A stretch of DNA of 64,000 bases, from positions 4,839-68,838 of the forward strand of contig NZ_DAIUFW010000009.1 of NCBI RefSeq assembly GCF_036844465.1, in the 5' to 3' direction. Source of the stretch: Methylobacillus sp. (GTDB lineage Bacteria; Pseudomonadota; Gammaproteobacteria; Burkholderiales; Methylophilaceae). The stretch's first letter is position 1; the number at the start of each line of letters is the position of its first letter. A program made the position numbers and the translations under genes. Positions 52,475-60,623 of the stretch are shown piece after piece. The notes beneath the pieces were generated by a model. The model was given only the letters and a program-made list of their open reading frames with translations, did not search any database and was not told where the DNA came from.

Positions 52475-54379
52475 ATGCTCAAGCAGAACCGTAAGGAGGC
52501 GCTTCGCCTCGTAGCAACCATGTTGGGGCGTCGCTTCGGCGTCCAGGTCGTCTTCGGCAACATTAAAACAGCAGCGACGACGGGCAAGGTGATCTATCTG
52601 CCCAACCTCGCAACGACTGGCTCAGAGGAGGACATGATCCTTCTGTACGGGCTGGTCGCGCATGAGGCGGCGCACTGCCGCTTTACCGAGTTCAAGGACA
52701 GCTCGAAAGGGAACGTCCTTGTTCGCGCCCTCGATAACGTGTTCGAGGACATACGGATCGAGTTGGCATTGGCCAGGATCTTTCCTGGGGCGGCTCGAAT
52801 GCTCTTCGATGCGGCCAACGGTCTCGCAGCGCGGGGCATCCTTGATGCTCCACAGCAAGACGAGGAGTATCAGCCGGCCGACATCTTGTGCAGGGCGCTT
52901 GTGATGGGGCTTCGCAGTCGGCACCTGAAGCAGCACTGCTTAGATGAAATGGCTGGCCAGTGGCGGACTCTTGCCGAGGACGTGTTTGGTGACGAGCTGA
53001 TCGAGGCGGTTTTCGAACTTGCTGACCGCTCTGCAACGCTCACATCCACGGACGAGGCTTCGGCCTTGGCGTGGGAAGTCTATGAGCTACTGGAGACTTC
53101 TGCCGAGGAGAAGGAAAAGCAGGAGGAACAACAGAAGCAAAAGCAGCAGTCCAAGTCATCGCAAGATGAGGAGGACGAATCCCATGTCCCCTCTCAGGCA
53201 GGGCAGGACGAAGATGAGGGTGATTCGTCGCCGTCGTCTGGGGCAGGTGATGAGGAGGAGCAGGATTCGTCCTCGTCGGGTTCTGGTGAGGAAGATGAGA
53301 ATGGGGAGGATTCGTCGCCGGGATCGTCTGACGATCGGGGCGAAGATGATTCCTCTAACTCAGATGAGTCTCAGGGCGACCAGGGTGATTCTGAGGCAGG
53401 TGACTCTGACGAAAGGGGGGAGGCGGACGCTGGCGATTTTTCCTCTCAAGGGGAAGAAGGTGACTCGGGCGAGCAAGCTGCTGCGATGCGCCAGGCGCTC
53501 AAGGCGCAGTCGGTCAGTTCGGTCAGCATGGAAGACATGCTGAGGCAACAAATGGGTGCCAATCAGGTTATGGGCGCCGGTGCTCGGACGCAACACGCAA
53601 GTCGAACCAATGGCGTCAAGGACCAGGGGCAGGTCAGGGCGTATCTGAAGCGGCACGAGCTCAAGGCGAAGCTGGGCACCCGCCTTGCAAGCCTGATCGA
53701 GTCGACCGTGGAAGAATCGTTGTGGGACGGTTACACCGGGCGCAAGCTCTCTCACAGTGCACCGGAGAGGCTTTCGCGTGGTGACCTGAAAATCTTCCTC
53801 AAGAAGGAAGAAACCGCAGGCACCAACACTGCGGTCGCCCTGTTGGTCGATTACTCGGGGTCGATGTGGACAACGATGCCGCTCACCGAGGGGGGCTCAA
53901 GGGCTGCGGGCGGGCAAACGACCGCACAGGAAGCCGCCTATGAGACGCACTTCGCGCTAGCTTCAGTGCTGTCGACCTACGAGGTGCCGTTCCTCTCGAT
54001 CGCGTTCGCCAATCACGTGTGCGTGCTCAAGGAGTTCGATGAGCCGCTCTCTGCTCACCGTTGGGATGATGGTTCTTCGGGCGACACCGCGACGGGCGAT
54101 GCGGTTGAAGAAGCTCTTATCCGTATGACGGAGCGCGAGGAGGAAAAGCGCATCCTGGTTGTCGTCACAGATGGCGAGCCCAACGATCACGATTCGCTGA
54201 TGGCTGGGTGCAGGTTTGCCCGCCAGAACGGAATCCAGATCGCGGTCGTGTTCATTGGCTCAATGGGCCACGCCCTCGAATCAATGCTCAACGAAGAGGA
54301 GGTTGCCTTTGACCGGGCAATGAGTGCTGACCGGCTTTCGCAAGCGGTCTTTGGTGCTGTCGCGAAAGCGGTAGCCTGA
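52475..54379 (+). CDS. CobT-like protein with acidic repeat linker and C-terminal vWA domain
   Basis: N-terminal CobT-like region, a D/E/S-rich linker (aa ~215-335), and a vWA MIDAS motif LLVDYSGSM...TDGEPND. Confidence 0.75.
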   Translation: MLKQNRKEALRLVATMLGRRFGVQVVFGNIKTAATTGKVIYLPNLATTGSEEDMILLYGLVAHEAAHCRFTEFKDSSKGNVLVRALDNVFEDIRIELALARIFPGAARMLFDAANGLAARGILDAPQQDEEYQPADILCRALVMGLRSRHLKQHCLDEMAGQWRTLAEDVFGDELIEAVFELADRSATLTSTDEASALAWEVYELLETSAEEKEKQEEQQKQKQQSKSSQDEEDESHVPSQAGQDEDEGDSSPSSGAGDEEEQDSSSSGSGEEDENGEDSSPGSSDDRGEDDSSNSDESQGDQGDSEAGDSDERGEADAGDFSSQGEEGDSGEQAAAMRQALKAQSVSSVSMEDMLRQQMGANQVMGAGARTQHASRTNGVKDQGQVRAYLKRHELKAKLGTRLASLIESTVEESLWDGYTGRKLSHSAPERLSRGDLKIFLKKEETAGTNTAVALLVDYSGSMWTTMPLTEGGSRAAGGQTTAQEAAYETHFALASVLSTYEVPFLSIAFANHVCVLKEFDEPLSAHRWDDGSSGDTATGDAVEEALIRMTEREEEKRILVVVTDGEPNDHDSLMAGCRFARQNGIQIAVVFIGSMGHALESMLNEEEVAFDRAMSADRLSQAVFGAVAKAVA

Positions 54380-54389
54380 TCCAACCACG

Positions 54390-54422
54390 AGGGCTCAAGC
54401 GAAATCGCTTGGGCCCTTTTTT
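54390..54422 (+). terminator. Intrinsic terminator
   Basis: gggctcaagcg / cgcttgggccc followed by a T6 run. Confidence 0.75.
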
Positions 54423-54435
54423 ATCACCGTGCTAC

Positions 54436-54474
54436 GCACATCTCTGAGGGCAGACCTAACCCAAGGAGATTGAC
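54436..54474 (+). promoter_or_regulatory. Conserved leader module (variant GGCAG)
   Basis: GCACATCTCTGAGGGCAGACCTAAC. Confidence 0.5.
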
Positions 54475-54894
54475 GTGTCATTACTCAGTTTTGTAGTCAT
54501 CGGTGCCCTCGCGCTCTTGTCGCTTCGTCTTTTCATGACATCGCGCAGAGACAGGAAGCGTGCTCAGCTTCGCGAGCTGCAGCAAGCTCTTCGGAGGAAT
54601 CTCGACGGAGACAAAGAGAAGCGCCAACCGACAGCTAATCGTCGCGAGGCCCCTTCAGCAGATGAACGGCGTATCGCCGAGCTCGAGCGCACCGTAAGGC
54701 GCGCAGAAGAAGAGAGCAAGAAGCTTGCTCTCGCTCTTGAGCAGCTTCAGCTTGCTCATGACAAACCGATCATGTCCAGGGCTCGTAAGAGCCAACGGAA
54801 AATCGAGCCGGTTGTTGCTCCTCAAGCATCATTGCTCCCTGCAGTGATGAGGAGTGGTCGCACTGGTGAGCCTATCGCCAGGAGCTTGCACTGA
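54475..54894 (+). CDS. Bitopic membrane protein with basic coiled coil
   Basis: GTG start with SD aaggag. TM segment LLSFVVIGALALLSLRLFM. Confidence 0.5.
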   Translation: MSLLSFVVIGALALLSLRLFMTSRRDRKRAQLRELQQALRRNLDGDKEKRQPTANRREAPSADERRIAELERTVRRAEEESKKLALALEQLQLAHDKPIMSRARKSQRKIEPVVAPQASLLPAVMRSGRTGEPIARSLH

Positions 54895-54916
54895 TTAACA
54901 TCAGTGTCACCCCTCG

Positions 54917-54948
54917 CACCCTCTCGCTTCGGCAGAGGGTGTTTTTTT
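54917..54948 (+). terminator. Intrinsic terminator
   Basis: caccctct / agagggtg followed by a T7 run. Confidence 0.75.
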
Positions 54949-54979
54949 CGCGCACGTTCAGTTTTCACTTCACCTTCTT

Positions 54980-55018
54980 GCCATCTCTCCTTGCAGCCCT
55001 AAACACAAGGAGATTCAA
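54980..55018 (+). promoter_or_regulatory. Conserved leader module
   Basis: GCCATCTCTCCTTGCAGCCCTAAAC. UCUCCUU (54986-54992) pairs with AAGGAGA (55007-55013). Confidence 0.6.
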
Positions 55019-56011
55019 ATGTCACAAACGACAGCAGTAACGGAGAAGCTTGGCAACATCTTTGGGTCTGCCTTCAAGGACCCCCAGGCAGCTCAAAGGG
55101 CGGTTCCTGTAAGGACATCGGGGCCGTTCACGCCCGCAGATAACCCGTCCCATAGCTTCACCGAAGCTCATGCACGCCTGTTGGTGGCATGGGTGTGGGC
55201 CGGGGTGAGCAAGAATCTGATGCTGACTGGTCCTACTGGATCTGGGAAGTCCTCGATGGTCGAGGTCTTCGCGGCTCGCACCGGGTGGCCGCTCTTTCGT
55301 GTTGCTTGCCACGGGCGAATGGAGTTTCAGGAGCTCGTCGGCGCCTGGCGCATGGCGTCCGTACCTGGTGGCGGCCAAGAGTGGAAGTGGGCTGACGGCC
55401 CACTACTGGCAGCCATGAAGGTAGGGGGTATCCTGCTTCTGGATGAAGGCAACTTCCTCCATCCAGCCGTAGTCGGTGGCTTGAACACGATCCTGGATGG
55501 GGCGCCGCTCTTGGTGCCTGAAACGGGTGAAATGGTTCAGCCGCACCCGGATTTTCGGGTCGCATTCACGGCTAACGCTGTGGCGCACGACATGGATGCC
55601 GCTAACTACCGGGGCATTCAGCGGCAGAGCATTGCTTTGCTAGATCGCTTCCTTGTGGGGACGGTGGACTACCTGACCCCGATGGAGGAAAGCAAGATTC
55701 TGCACGCGAAGTGCAAGCATCTTGCCGGTCCTTTCATCCAGCTCCTCGTTGAGGTGGCTGGGGACGTTCGGGAAGCCTTCAAGCAGGGCGAAATGACCAC
55801 TACCATCTCGACCCGCGGCCTCATCCGCTGGGGAAAGATGTTGCTGGCGAATGGTCGTTCGCTTGCGGATGCCAGTGCTCGAGGCGCCACGGAAGAAGTG
55901 TTGGCTTGCCTCAACGGAGCCCTCCACGCCGCTGTTACGGCGCGATCACCGGAAGCTGAGCGGGAAGCCATCGAGAAGATCGTCTCTGCTCGATACGCCC
56001 CTGTGAAGTGA
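55019..56011 (+). CDS. MoxR/CbbQ/CobS-like AAA+ ATPase
   Basis: Walker A GPTGSGKS and Walker B ILLLDEGN. AAA_5-like architecture. Confidence 0.85.
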   Translation: MSQTTAVTEKLGNIFGSAFKDPQAAQRAVPVRTSGPFTPADNPSHSFTEAHARLLVAWVWAGVSKNLMLTGPTGSGKSSMVEVFAARTGWPLFRVACHGRMEFQELVGAWRMASVPGGGQEWKWADGPLLAAMKVGGILLLDEGNFLHPAVVGGLNTILDGAPLLVPETGEMVQPHPDFRVAFTANAVAHDMDAANYRGIQRQSIALLDRFLVGTVDYLTPMEESKILHAKCKHLAGPFIQLLVEVAGDVREAFKQGEMTTTISTRGLIRWGKMLLANGRSLADASARGATEEVLACLNGALHAAVTARSPEAEREAIEKIVSARYAPVK

Positions 56012-56024
56012 TGATGTAACACCG

Positions 56025-56060
56025 CCGCCTCAGAAAGTCATTTTCTGAGGCGGTTTTTTT
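56025..56060 (+). terminator. Intrinsic terminator
   Basis: ccgcctcagaaa / tttctgaggcgg followed by a T7 run. Confidence 0.8.
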
Positions 56061-56086
56061 GTGCCCGTTTTCCCTGCCCGTGCTTC

Positions 56087-56128
56087 GCATTCCCTCCCTG
56101 CACATCAACCACAAGGAGGTAATCGGTC
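56087..56128 (+). promoter_or_regulatory. Conserved leader module (variant TGCAC)
   Basis: GCATTCCCTCCCTGCACATCAAC. CCUCC pairs with GGAGG. Confidence 0.55.
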
Positions 56129-56521
56129 ATGTCATCAGTCGTTACTTTTGGAAAATTCAAGGGGCAGTCTTACGCGGAGCTCCCTTATTGGTACCTGCGT
56201 TGGATGGTGCTTGAGAAGCACACCAAGGCAGATCTTGCCGAGCAGGAGATGCAAAGGCGCATGGCGTTGCAAAGCGACGTGCTCATCGAGCCGAAGGTGC
56301 TCGCGAGGCTTGAGCGCTATCACAAGGCCTCGTGGCAGCGGACTCGGAAGCCTAGAGAGTCGTTCTTGCCTTGGCTCAACCGGTTGGCCAGCGCTGCACT
56401 ACGAACGAGCCCGATCCATGGTGGGCGGTATGCGCTGCCTGGGTTCGTTTTTGTTTTTGATGAGGATGGAGCTGTACCCAAGCTCGTCGACGTCGTTCAG
56501 CAGCGTCAGTACGTGCCCTGA
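56129..56521 (+). CDS. DUF3820-like protein
   Basis: N-terminal FGKFKGQSYAELPYWYLRWM motif. Confidence 0.5.
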   Translation: MSSVVTFGKFKGQSYAELPYWYLRWMVLEKHTKADLAEQEMQRRMALQSDVLIEPKVLARLERYHKASWQRTRKPRESFLPWLNRLASAALRTSPIHGGRYALPGFVFVFDEDGAVPKLVDVVQQRQYVP

Positions 56522-56539
56522 TTTCTCATGGTTCAAACG

Positions 56540-56575
56540 GCATAGCTCAGTGCAGTTCTAACCAAGGAGAAAGAA
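56540..56575 (+). promoter_or_regulatory. Conserved leader module
   Basis: GCATAGCTCAGTGCAGTTCTAAC. The anti-SD pairing is weak here. Confidence 0.45.
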
Positions 56576-56812
56576 ATGTCACGCGTTCTTGTATTTGCCT
56601 CGATTGCGGCTCTTTCGATTTGTCCCGAAGGAATGAGGCGTAAGGGGCTTGCGAGGCTGGAAAGGGCTCTGTGCTTTGGCGATATCGGCATGGCGCCGGC
56701 GAGTAGATTCAGGGCTATCACCCTGATCAGGAAGCAAAGGATGTCTGGTCTCGGACAAGACGTGCTTGGGTGGTTGATTGTCGGCTTCGTGGCCGCTTTC
56801 ATCCTCTACTGA
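56576..56812 (+). CDS. Small protein with C-terminal TM segment
   Basis: 78 aa with strong SD aaggag. C-terminus VLGWLIVGFVAAFILY. Confidence 0.4.
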   Translation: MSRVLVFASIAALSICPEGMRRKGLARLERALCFGDIGMAPASRFRAITLIRKQRMSGLGQDVLGWLIVGFVAAFILY

Positions 56813-56859
56813 TACCAAACCCGTAGATTTCGATTCAATTCGAGACTGCGGGTTTTTCA

Positions 56860-57096
56860 TTGAGTTCGAATATGGATTTCGGAAAAGAGGTCTTGGCTGG
56901 CGTGTTCGTTGAGCTGGTTCAGGAGGGCCGGTGGCTTGTCCGTTCCTCCTTGAAAAGCAGCAAGACACCTGAGCGTGTGGGTGAAGTGATGGGGCGCCCG
57001 GGGAAATACGTGGCCTTCACGATGAAGGGACAGCGTGTCTGTGTGTCGAAGACGCTCAAGGGGGCGGCTTTGAAGATTTCAGAAGAGGAGCTTTGA
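56860..57096 (+). CDS. Hypothetical small protein
   Basis: 78-aa ORF with a TTG start (ATG at 56872) and no clear SD. Coupled to the next gene. Confidence 0.3.
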   Translation: MSSNMDFGKEVLAGVFVELVQEGRWLVRSSLKSSKTPERVGEVMGRPGKYVAFTMKGQRVCVSKTLKGAALKISEEEL

Positions 57097-57097
57097 A

Positions 57098-58093
57098 ATG
57101 GTTCGGCTATTGAGTTTGCGGGCTGATCTGCCTGCCGTGGTTGCGGTGAATGTTGTGTCCACCATGCGGGAAGAAAATGATGCGGAGGAGTGGGATTTCT
57201 ATGCCTGGAGCGCCCTTCATATTGCTTTCAACATGTGGTGCAGGGAGGTCATTCATCAAGGGGTTCTCAGTTCAGAAAGTGCTGCTAAACGAGGCGTTGT
57301 AGATCTGTTCCGAGAAGCTTCGTGCACCGCAACTTTTCGCGATGCTTTTAAGCTGAAGGGAGCAGAACTTCTGGGCATGGATGTTCTTGATCTGTCCACT
57401 GAAATGACTTCGGCCCTACCTGCGCCGAGGATGGGAATGAGGCCATTTTCTGTTACAAGGCTTGATAAGCTGCCACCTCCCAATCTGCGGTTCACGTCAT
57501 GTCGCCCTCCAGCCATGAAAGTGCAGCTGACTGTGTCTGATCTTGCAGATGAGTATGGAGAGGGGATGCCGATCGCGTGGGAAACGACGTATGAGGATCT
57601 GATCGAAGGTCGTGTGCGTGTGAAATCCGGTTATGGTCAATATACGCAGGGCATCGTTGAGTTTGCTGATGACGATGGGGCCTTTGCTACTCAGGTTCCT
57701 GATGGGATGAGCGTGATGTACGCCCCCGTCGTGGACGAGCTTGATCATGTGACCCTTCTCGAGACTTGCATCTTTGAAACCCGAGAGTCCGTTGAAGCCC
57801 GGATTCGCTCGGCCGTAGAGGCCTACGCAAGGGTGGCAGTGCTTGCAAGGATCACTTACGACCGCGAATGCCTTGGAATCCCAGCGGATCTGGAGCCCGC
57901 TTCCGTTACGGTAACGCAAGAGGGCAATGGGGCCAAATCTGTTGTTCAAGTTGCATTTTCGGGTAAAGGCGAGCAGATGGTCCGTAAGGCGAACTGGTGG
58001 TGCAACGCCATCTTTGGCGATCGGGCGAACCAGTTGGCGTTGGAAGCAGCGAATCGGTTGGCACAAAGTCTGAAGGTGCCGTTCTTGATCTAA
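57098..58093 (+). CDS. Hypothetical protein
   Basis: 331 aa with SD gaagaggag. Confidence 0.55.
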   Translation: MVRLLSLRADLPAVVAVNVVSTMREENDAEEWDFYAWSALHIAFNMWCREVIHQGVLSSESAAKRGVVDLFREASCTATFRDAFKLKGAELLGMDVLDLSTEMTSALPAPRMGMRPFSVTRLDKLPPPNLRFTSCRPPAMKVQLTVSDLADEYGEGMPIAWETTYEDLIEGRVRVKSGYGQYTQGIVEFADDDGAFATQVPDGMSVMYAPVVDELDHVTLLETCIFETRESVEARIRSAVEAYARVAVLARITYDRECLGIPADLEPASVTVTQEGNGAKSVVQVAFSGKGEQMVRKANWWCNAIFGDRANQLALEAANRLAQSLKVPFLI

Positions 58094-58096
58094 ATG

Positions 58097-58132
58097 AAAG
58101 GCCGGCTGACGTCATTGTCACCGGCCTTTTTT
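58097..58132 (+). terminator. Intrinsic terminator
   Basis: aaaggccgg(c)tgac / gtcaccggccttt followed by a T-run. Confidence 0.75.
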
Positions 58133-58147
58133 CTATGGTGCCTCCCT

Positions 58148-58189
58148 GCATGTCATTCCATGCAGTTCAACAACAAACAGGAGAGCATC
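58148..58189 (+). promoter_or_regulatory. Conserved leader module
   Basis: GCATGTCATTCCATGCAGTTCAAC. Alternative 7-bp hairpin 58146-58152 / 58159-58165. Confidence 0.55.
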
Positions 58190-58699
58190 ATGAAGATCGA
58201 TAGCGAAGAGTTCGCCCTTGCGCTGGAGTGTAAGAGCGAGGGCGACCGCGGCGTCGCAGCGCTGCTGTTGCAGGCAGCCAGAAGAAGGGCGCAGAACCGC
58301 AGTCTGGTGGAGCGCCTCATGCGGGATAGGGGCGGTGCGGAGGGGATGGAACTCTCCAATGTTCCTGAAGGTGCCACCCAGAAAGAGCCTGCCTATGTGG
58401 CGATCCTTCCCGAGCCGGACGGGAGCGGTAAGAGTCGGCTCGTGAGCTTTCGCCAGAACGGCTTTCATGGGCATCAGGTGTTCGCAACCCCGGAGGCCGC
58501 GCTCGAAGAGGCGGTCCGGGACGGCTACCGCTGGCCCGTCCAGGTGCTTGATCAATTGGCCCTTCAGCCACTCTTCCAGAAGGGGCAGCGGTTCGTTGAG
58601 CTGGTCTACGCCTACAACATCGGAAAGCTCGATGCTGCGGCGTTTCATGCGGCAGTTGATGCGCTCGATCGTGAGTATGACTTGAAGGAGGCAGCGTGA
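58190..58699 (+). CDS. Hypothetical protein
   Basis: ATG 58190 has SD caggagag. 169 aa. Confidence 0.55.
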   Translation: MKIDSEEFALALECKSEGDRGVAALLLQAARRRAQNRSLVERLMRDRGGAEGMELSNVPEGATQKEPAYVAILPEPDGSGKSRLVSFRQNGFHGHQVFATPEAALEEAVRDGYRWPVQVLDQLALQPLFQKGQRFVELVYAYNIGKLDAAAFHAAVDALDREYDLKEAA

Positions 58700-58893
58700 T
58701 GGAACGGTTGCCAGTAAAGGTGGGCTGCGGTGTGCTTGAAAAGCCCATGACGCGTAGCCAGGCAGAGCGGTGGGGGCGTCAGAACATGCCGTCGGACCTG
58801 CGAAAGGCAGGCTTCGTGGTTGATGTCTATCGAACGGACCCCGTGATCAACGGCGGCGATTGGTTTCGCGTGAACTACGTGAAGCGCTACTAA
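58696..58893 (+). CDS. Hypothetical small protein
   Basis: 65 aa with a GTG start overlapping the upstream stop. Confidence 0.4.
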   Translation: MMERLPVKVGCGVLEKPMTRSQAERWGRQNMPSDLRKAGFVVDVYRTDPVINGGDWFRVNYVKRY

Positions 58894-58903
58894 GGAGAAA
58901 GCG

Positions 58904-59020
58904 ATGATCGATGACGAGGAGCCAGGGTTCGATCTCTTCGATCACGGCCTGCATGCGTTTGAGGCCTTCGACAGCCTGCTCGAGGACTTGCTTTCATGGT
59001 TCTGTTGGTGGCGACACTGA
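58904..59020 (+). CDS. 38-aa small ORF (not in ORF track)
   Basis: Strong SD taaggagaaagcgATG. Translation MIDDEEPGFDLFDHGLHAFEAFDSLLEDLLSWFCWWRH. Followed by a terminator. Confidence 0.4.
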   Translation: MIDDEEPGFDLFDHGLHAFEAFDSLLEDLLSWFCWWRH

Positions 59021-59038
59021 CCTGATCCGAGTTTCCTG

Positions 59039-59067
59039 CGCCCCTCCACCGTTGGAGGGGCGTTTTT
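59039..59067 (+). terminator. Intrinsic terminator
   Basis: cgcccctcca / tggaggggcg followed by a T5 run. Confidence 0.8.
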
Positions 59068-59108
59068 ACGTATAGCACCACATGGATCGGATTCCGATTG
59101 ATGTCACT

Positions 59109-59148
59109 GCATCTCTAGCCTGCAGATCCAACTCGCAGGAGAAGGGCA
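59109..59148 (+). promoter_or_regulatory. Conserved leader module
   Basis: GCATCTCTAGCCTGCAGATCCAAC. Hairpin CUGCA (59107-59111) / UGCAG (59121-59125). Confidence 0.55.
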
Positions 59149-59164
59149 ATGACAGGAGAAGAAA

Positions 59165-59500
59165 ATGGCAAGTTTTTCGCACATCAGATCCACCGGAGTA
59201 TGCTTGAACCCGAAGGAGGGTTTGATCATGCCAACTGTTTTCACTGTGACGTTCTCCGACAACGAGACGACGCCGGAGCACATCGAGTCGAGGGCGGCCG
59301 AACTGGGAATCACGCCCGAGATGCTAATCCGACGCGCCATTGCGGAGCATCTTGGGGACTACGGCCTGAAGGAAGTGCCAGAGGGAGCCAAGATCAACTC
59401 CATCACGGAACTCCTAATTCACTCGGGAGTGTTCAAACCTGGAGCAGGGGAGGATGAGCTATGTCTCAACTTGAATCCCCCTGCCCGGGGGAAGTCGTAG
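59165..59500 (+). CDS. Ribbon-helix-helix (CopG-like) antitoxin candidate
   Basis: TVFTVTFSDNETTPEHIESRAAELGITPEMLIRRAIAEHL. An alternative start at ATG 59228 has SD aaggaggg. Confidence 0.55.
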   Translation: MASFSHIRSTGVCLNPKEGLIMPTVFTVTFSDNETTPEHIESRAAELGITPEMLIRRAIAEHLGDYGLKEVPEGAKINSITELLIHSGVFKPGAGEDELCLNLNPPARGKS

Positions 59501-59838
59501 GGGCTTGGATGCCCGAGACTGAGGAGGTTTGCAGTCCCGGCAGCAAGTTCCGGCCTGTGCTCGTGATGGCAGTCGATGAGCACGACGGTCAAATCGATGT
59601 GCTCTGTGCCTACGGGACGAGTCAGAACGTCGATCGTGTCGGCAGAGGGGAGTTTGTGGTGACGCCTGCTGATCTTCGGCTCGAAAAAACGACGAAGTTC
59701 TGCCTCCGGAAGATGTATTGGTTGCCACTCGAGGCGAGCTACTTCGCCCGGGGTGGCGCTCAGGAAGTGGCAGGGCGTTTGTCTTCCAAGCTTCTCAGCA
59801 AACTCGCGTTTGCCGCCAAGGAGGTGGGGCTGAAGTAG
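59461..59838 (+). CDS. PemK/MazF-like toxin candidate
   Basis: PGEVVGAWMPE....GSKFRPVLVMAVDE...CAYGTSQ. Overlaps the RHH gene by 40 nt. Confidence 0.5.
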   Translation: MSQLESPCPGEVVGAWMPETEEVCSPGSKFRPVLVMAVDEHDGQIDVLCAYGTSQNVDRVGRGEFVVTPADLRLEKTTKFCLRKMYWLPLEASYFARGGAQEVAGRLSSKLLSKLAFAAKEVGLK

Positions 59839-59869
59839 TCTTTCTGGACCACAACCTCCCTCGATACTC

Positions 59870-59908
59870 AAAGCCCGCATCCTCACAGGACGCGGGCTTT
59901 AGTTTTTT
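59870..59908 (+). terminator. Intrinsic terminator
   Basis: aaagcccgc / gcgggcttt followed by agtttttt. Confidence 0.7.
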
Positions 59909-59922
59909 ACGAGCCCGTCAGC

Positions 59923-59970
59923 GGTATCCCCTTCAGTGCAGCACAAACCCATTCACTGAGGAGTTACACC
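59923..59970 (+). promoter_or_regulatory. Conserved leader module
   Basis: GTATCCCCTTCAGTGCAGCACAAAC. 8-bp pairing 59931-59938 / 59954-59961. Confidence 0.55.
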
Positions 59971-60522
59971 ATGAAGGCACTGAAGTTTGTCACCGATGTC
60001 CGTTCCGATGCCGATTATGCGGACATCCCTGAGCAGGCCATTTTCGAGATCGACGAGAAGGCTGCGGCCAGGATCGCCGCCTTGTCGCGCATGGTCAGCG
60101 CTTCCGAAGCGCACAAGATCGAGGTCTTTGACGCGCGCACGGTCTGGCTCAAGGAGGAGGCGAAATCCGATGAGGAGGCCGACGACCCCGAGAACCAGGA
60201 ACGTGTGGAGCTCGATTCACTGGTCGTGAGCAATGAGGAGTTCTGGTTCGCTGGATACCTCAAGCACACCAACGTGCGGATTTTCACGGCACGTCAGCGG
60301 ATCGACTCGCTGCTGAACTACTTTGGCGTCAAGGCAAGCGAGACCGCCGAGGTCCGCGCCCGCCAGTTCATCGAGTCCATGGCACGGCTGAGCCTGTGGG
60401 ACTGGTCGAACGAAGCCGGTGAGCCGGTCAACGAGTGCTCTTCGCCTTCGGACGGCTACGAGGATTCGCATGCTGCGCTTATGACGCTGATCGAAGAGGC
60501 TCGCGCCTTGTCCGTGAGTTGA
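59971..60522 (+). CDS. Hypothetical acidic protein
   Basis: 183 aa with SD gaggag. Confidence 0.55.
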   Translation: MKALKFVTDVRSDADYADIPEQAIFEIDEKAAARIAALSRMVSASEAHKIEVFDARTVWLKEEAKSDEEADDPENQERVELDSLVVSNEEFWFAGYLKHTNVRIFTARQRIDSLLNYFGVKASETAEVRARQFIESMARLSLWDWSNEAGEPVNECSSPSDGYEDSHAALMTLIEEARALSVS

Positions 60523-60575
60523 TCTCAGACCCCCAACCGTCGATGCGAGGGCGGTTTTTTTCGCATGTGCCCCGT

Positions 60576-60623
60576 GTCATTCCTCTGGTGCAGTTCTTTC
60601 TCATACGAAAAAAGGAGTTGATC
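60576..60623 (+). promoter_or_regulatory. Conserved leader module (lacks YAAC)
   Basis: GTCATTCCTCTGGTGCAGTTCTTTC. Confidence 0.45.

Noticed and set aside
45203-55005. The same element read as a sigma-70 promoter with a -35 such as TTGACA (45203) or TTGCCA (54978) and a -10 such as TCAACA or TAAACA.
   Set aside because: With that -10, the transcription start would fall inside or after the Shine-Dalgarno sequence of each gene (for example 45230-45234 and 55007-55012). The canonical SD-ATG arrangement would then go unused. Only a few copies have a good -35.
59149-59457. A 102-aa ORF starting at the ATG that follows the conserved leader.
   Set aside because: The translation is Gly/Arg/His-rich and featureless. 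The overlapping frame encodes a clear ribbon-helix-helix protein. At most a short upstream ORF may be translated here.
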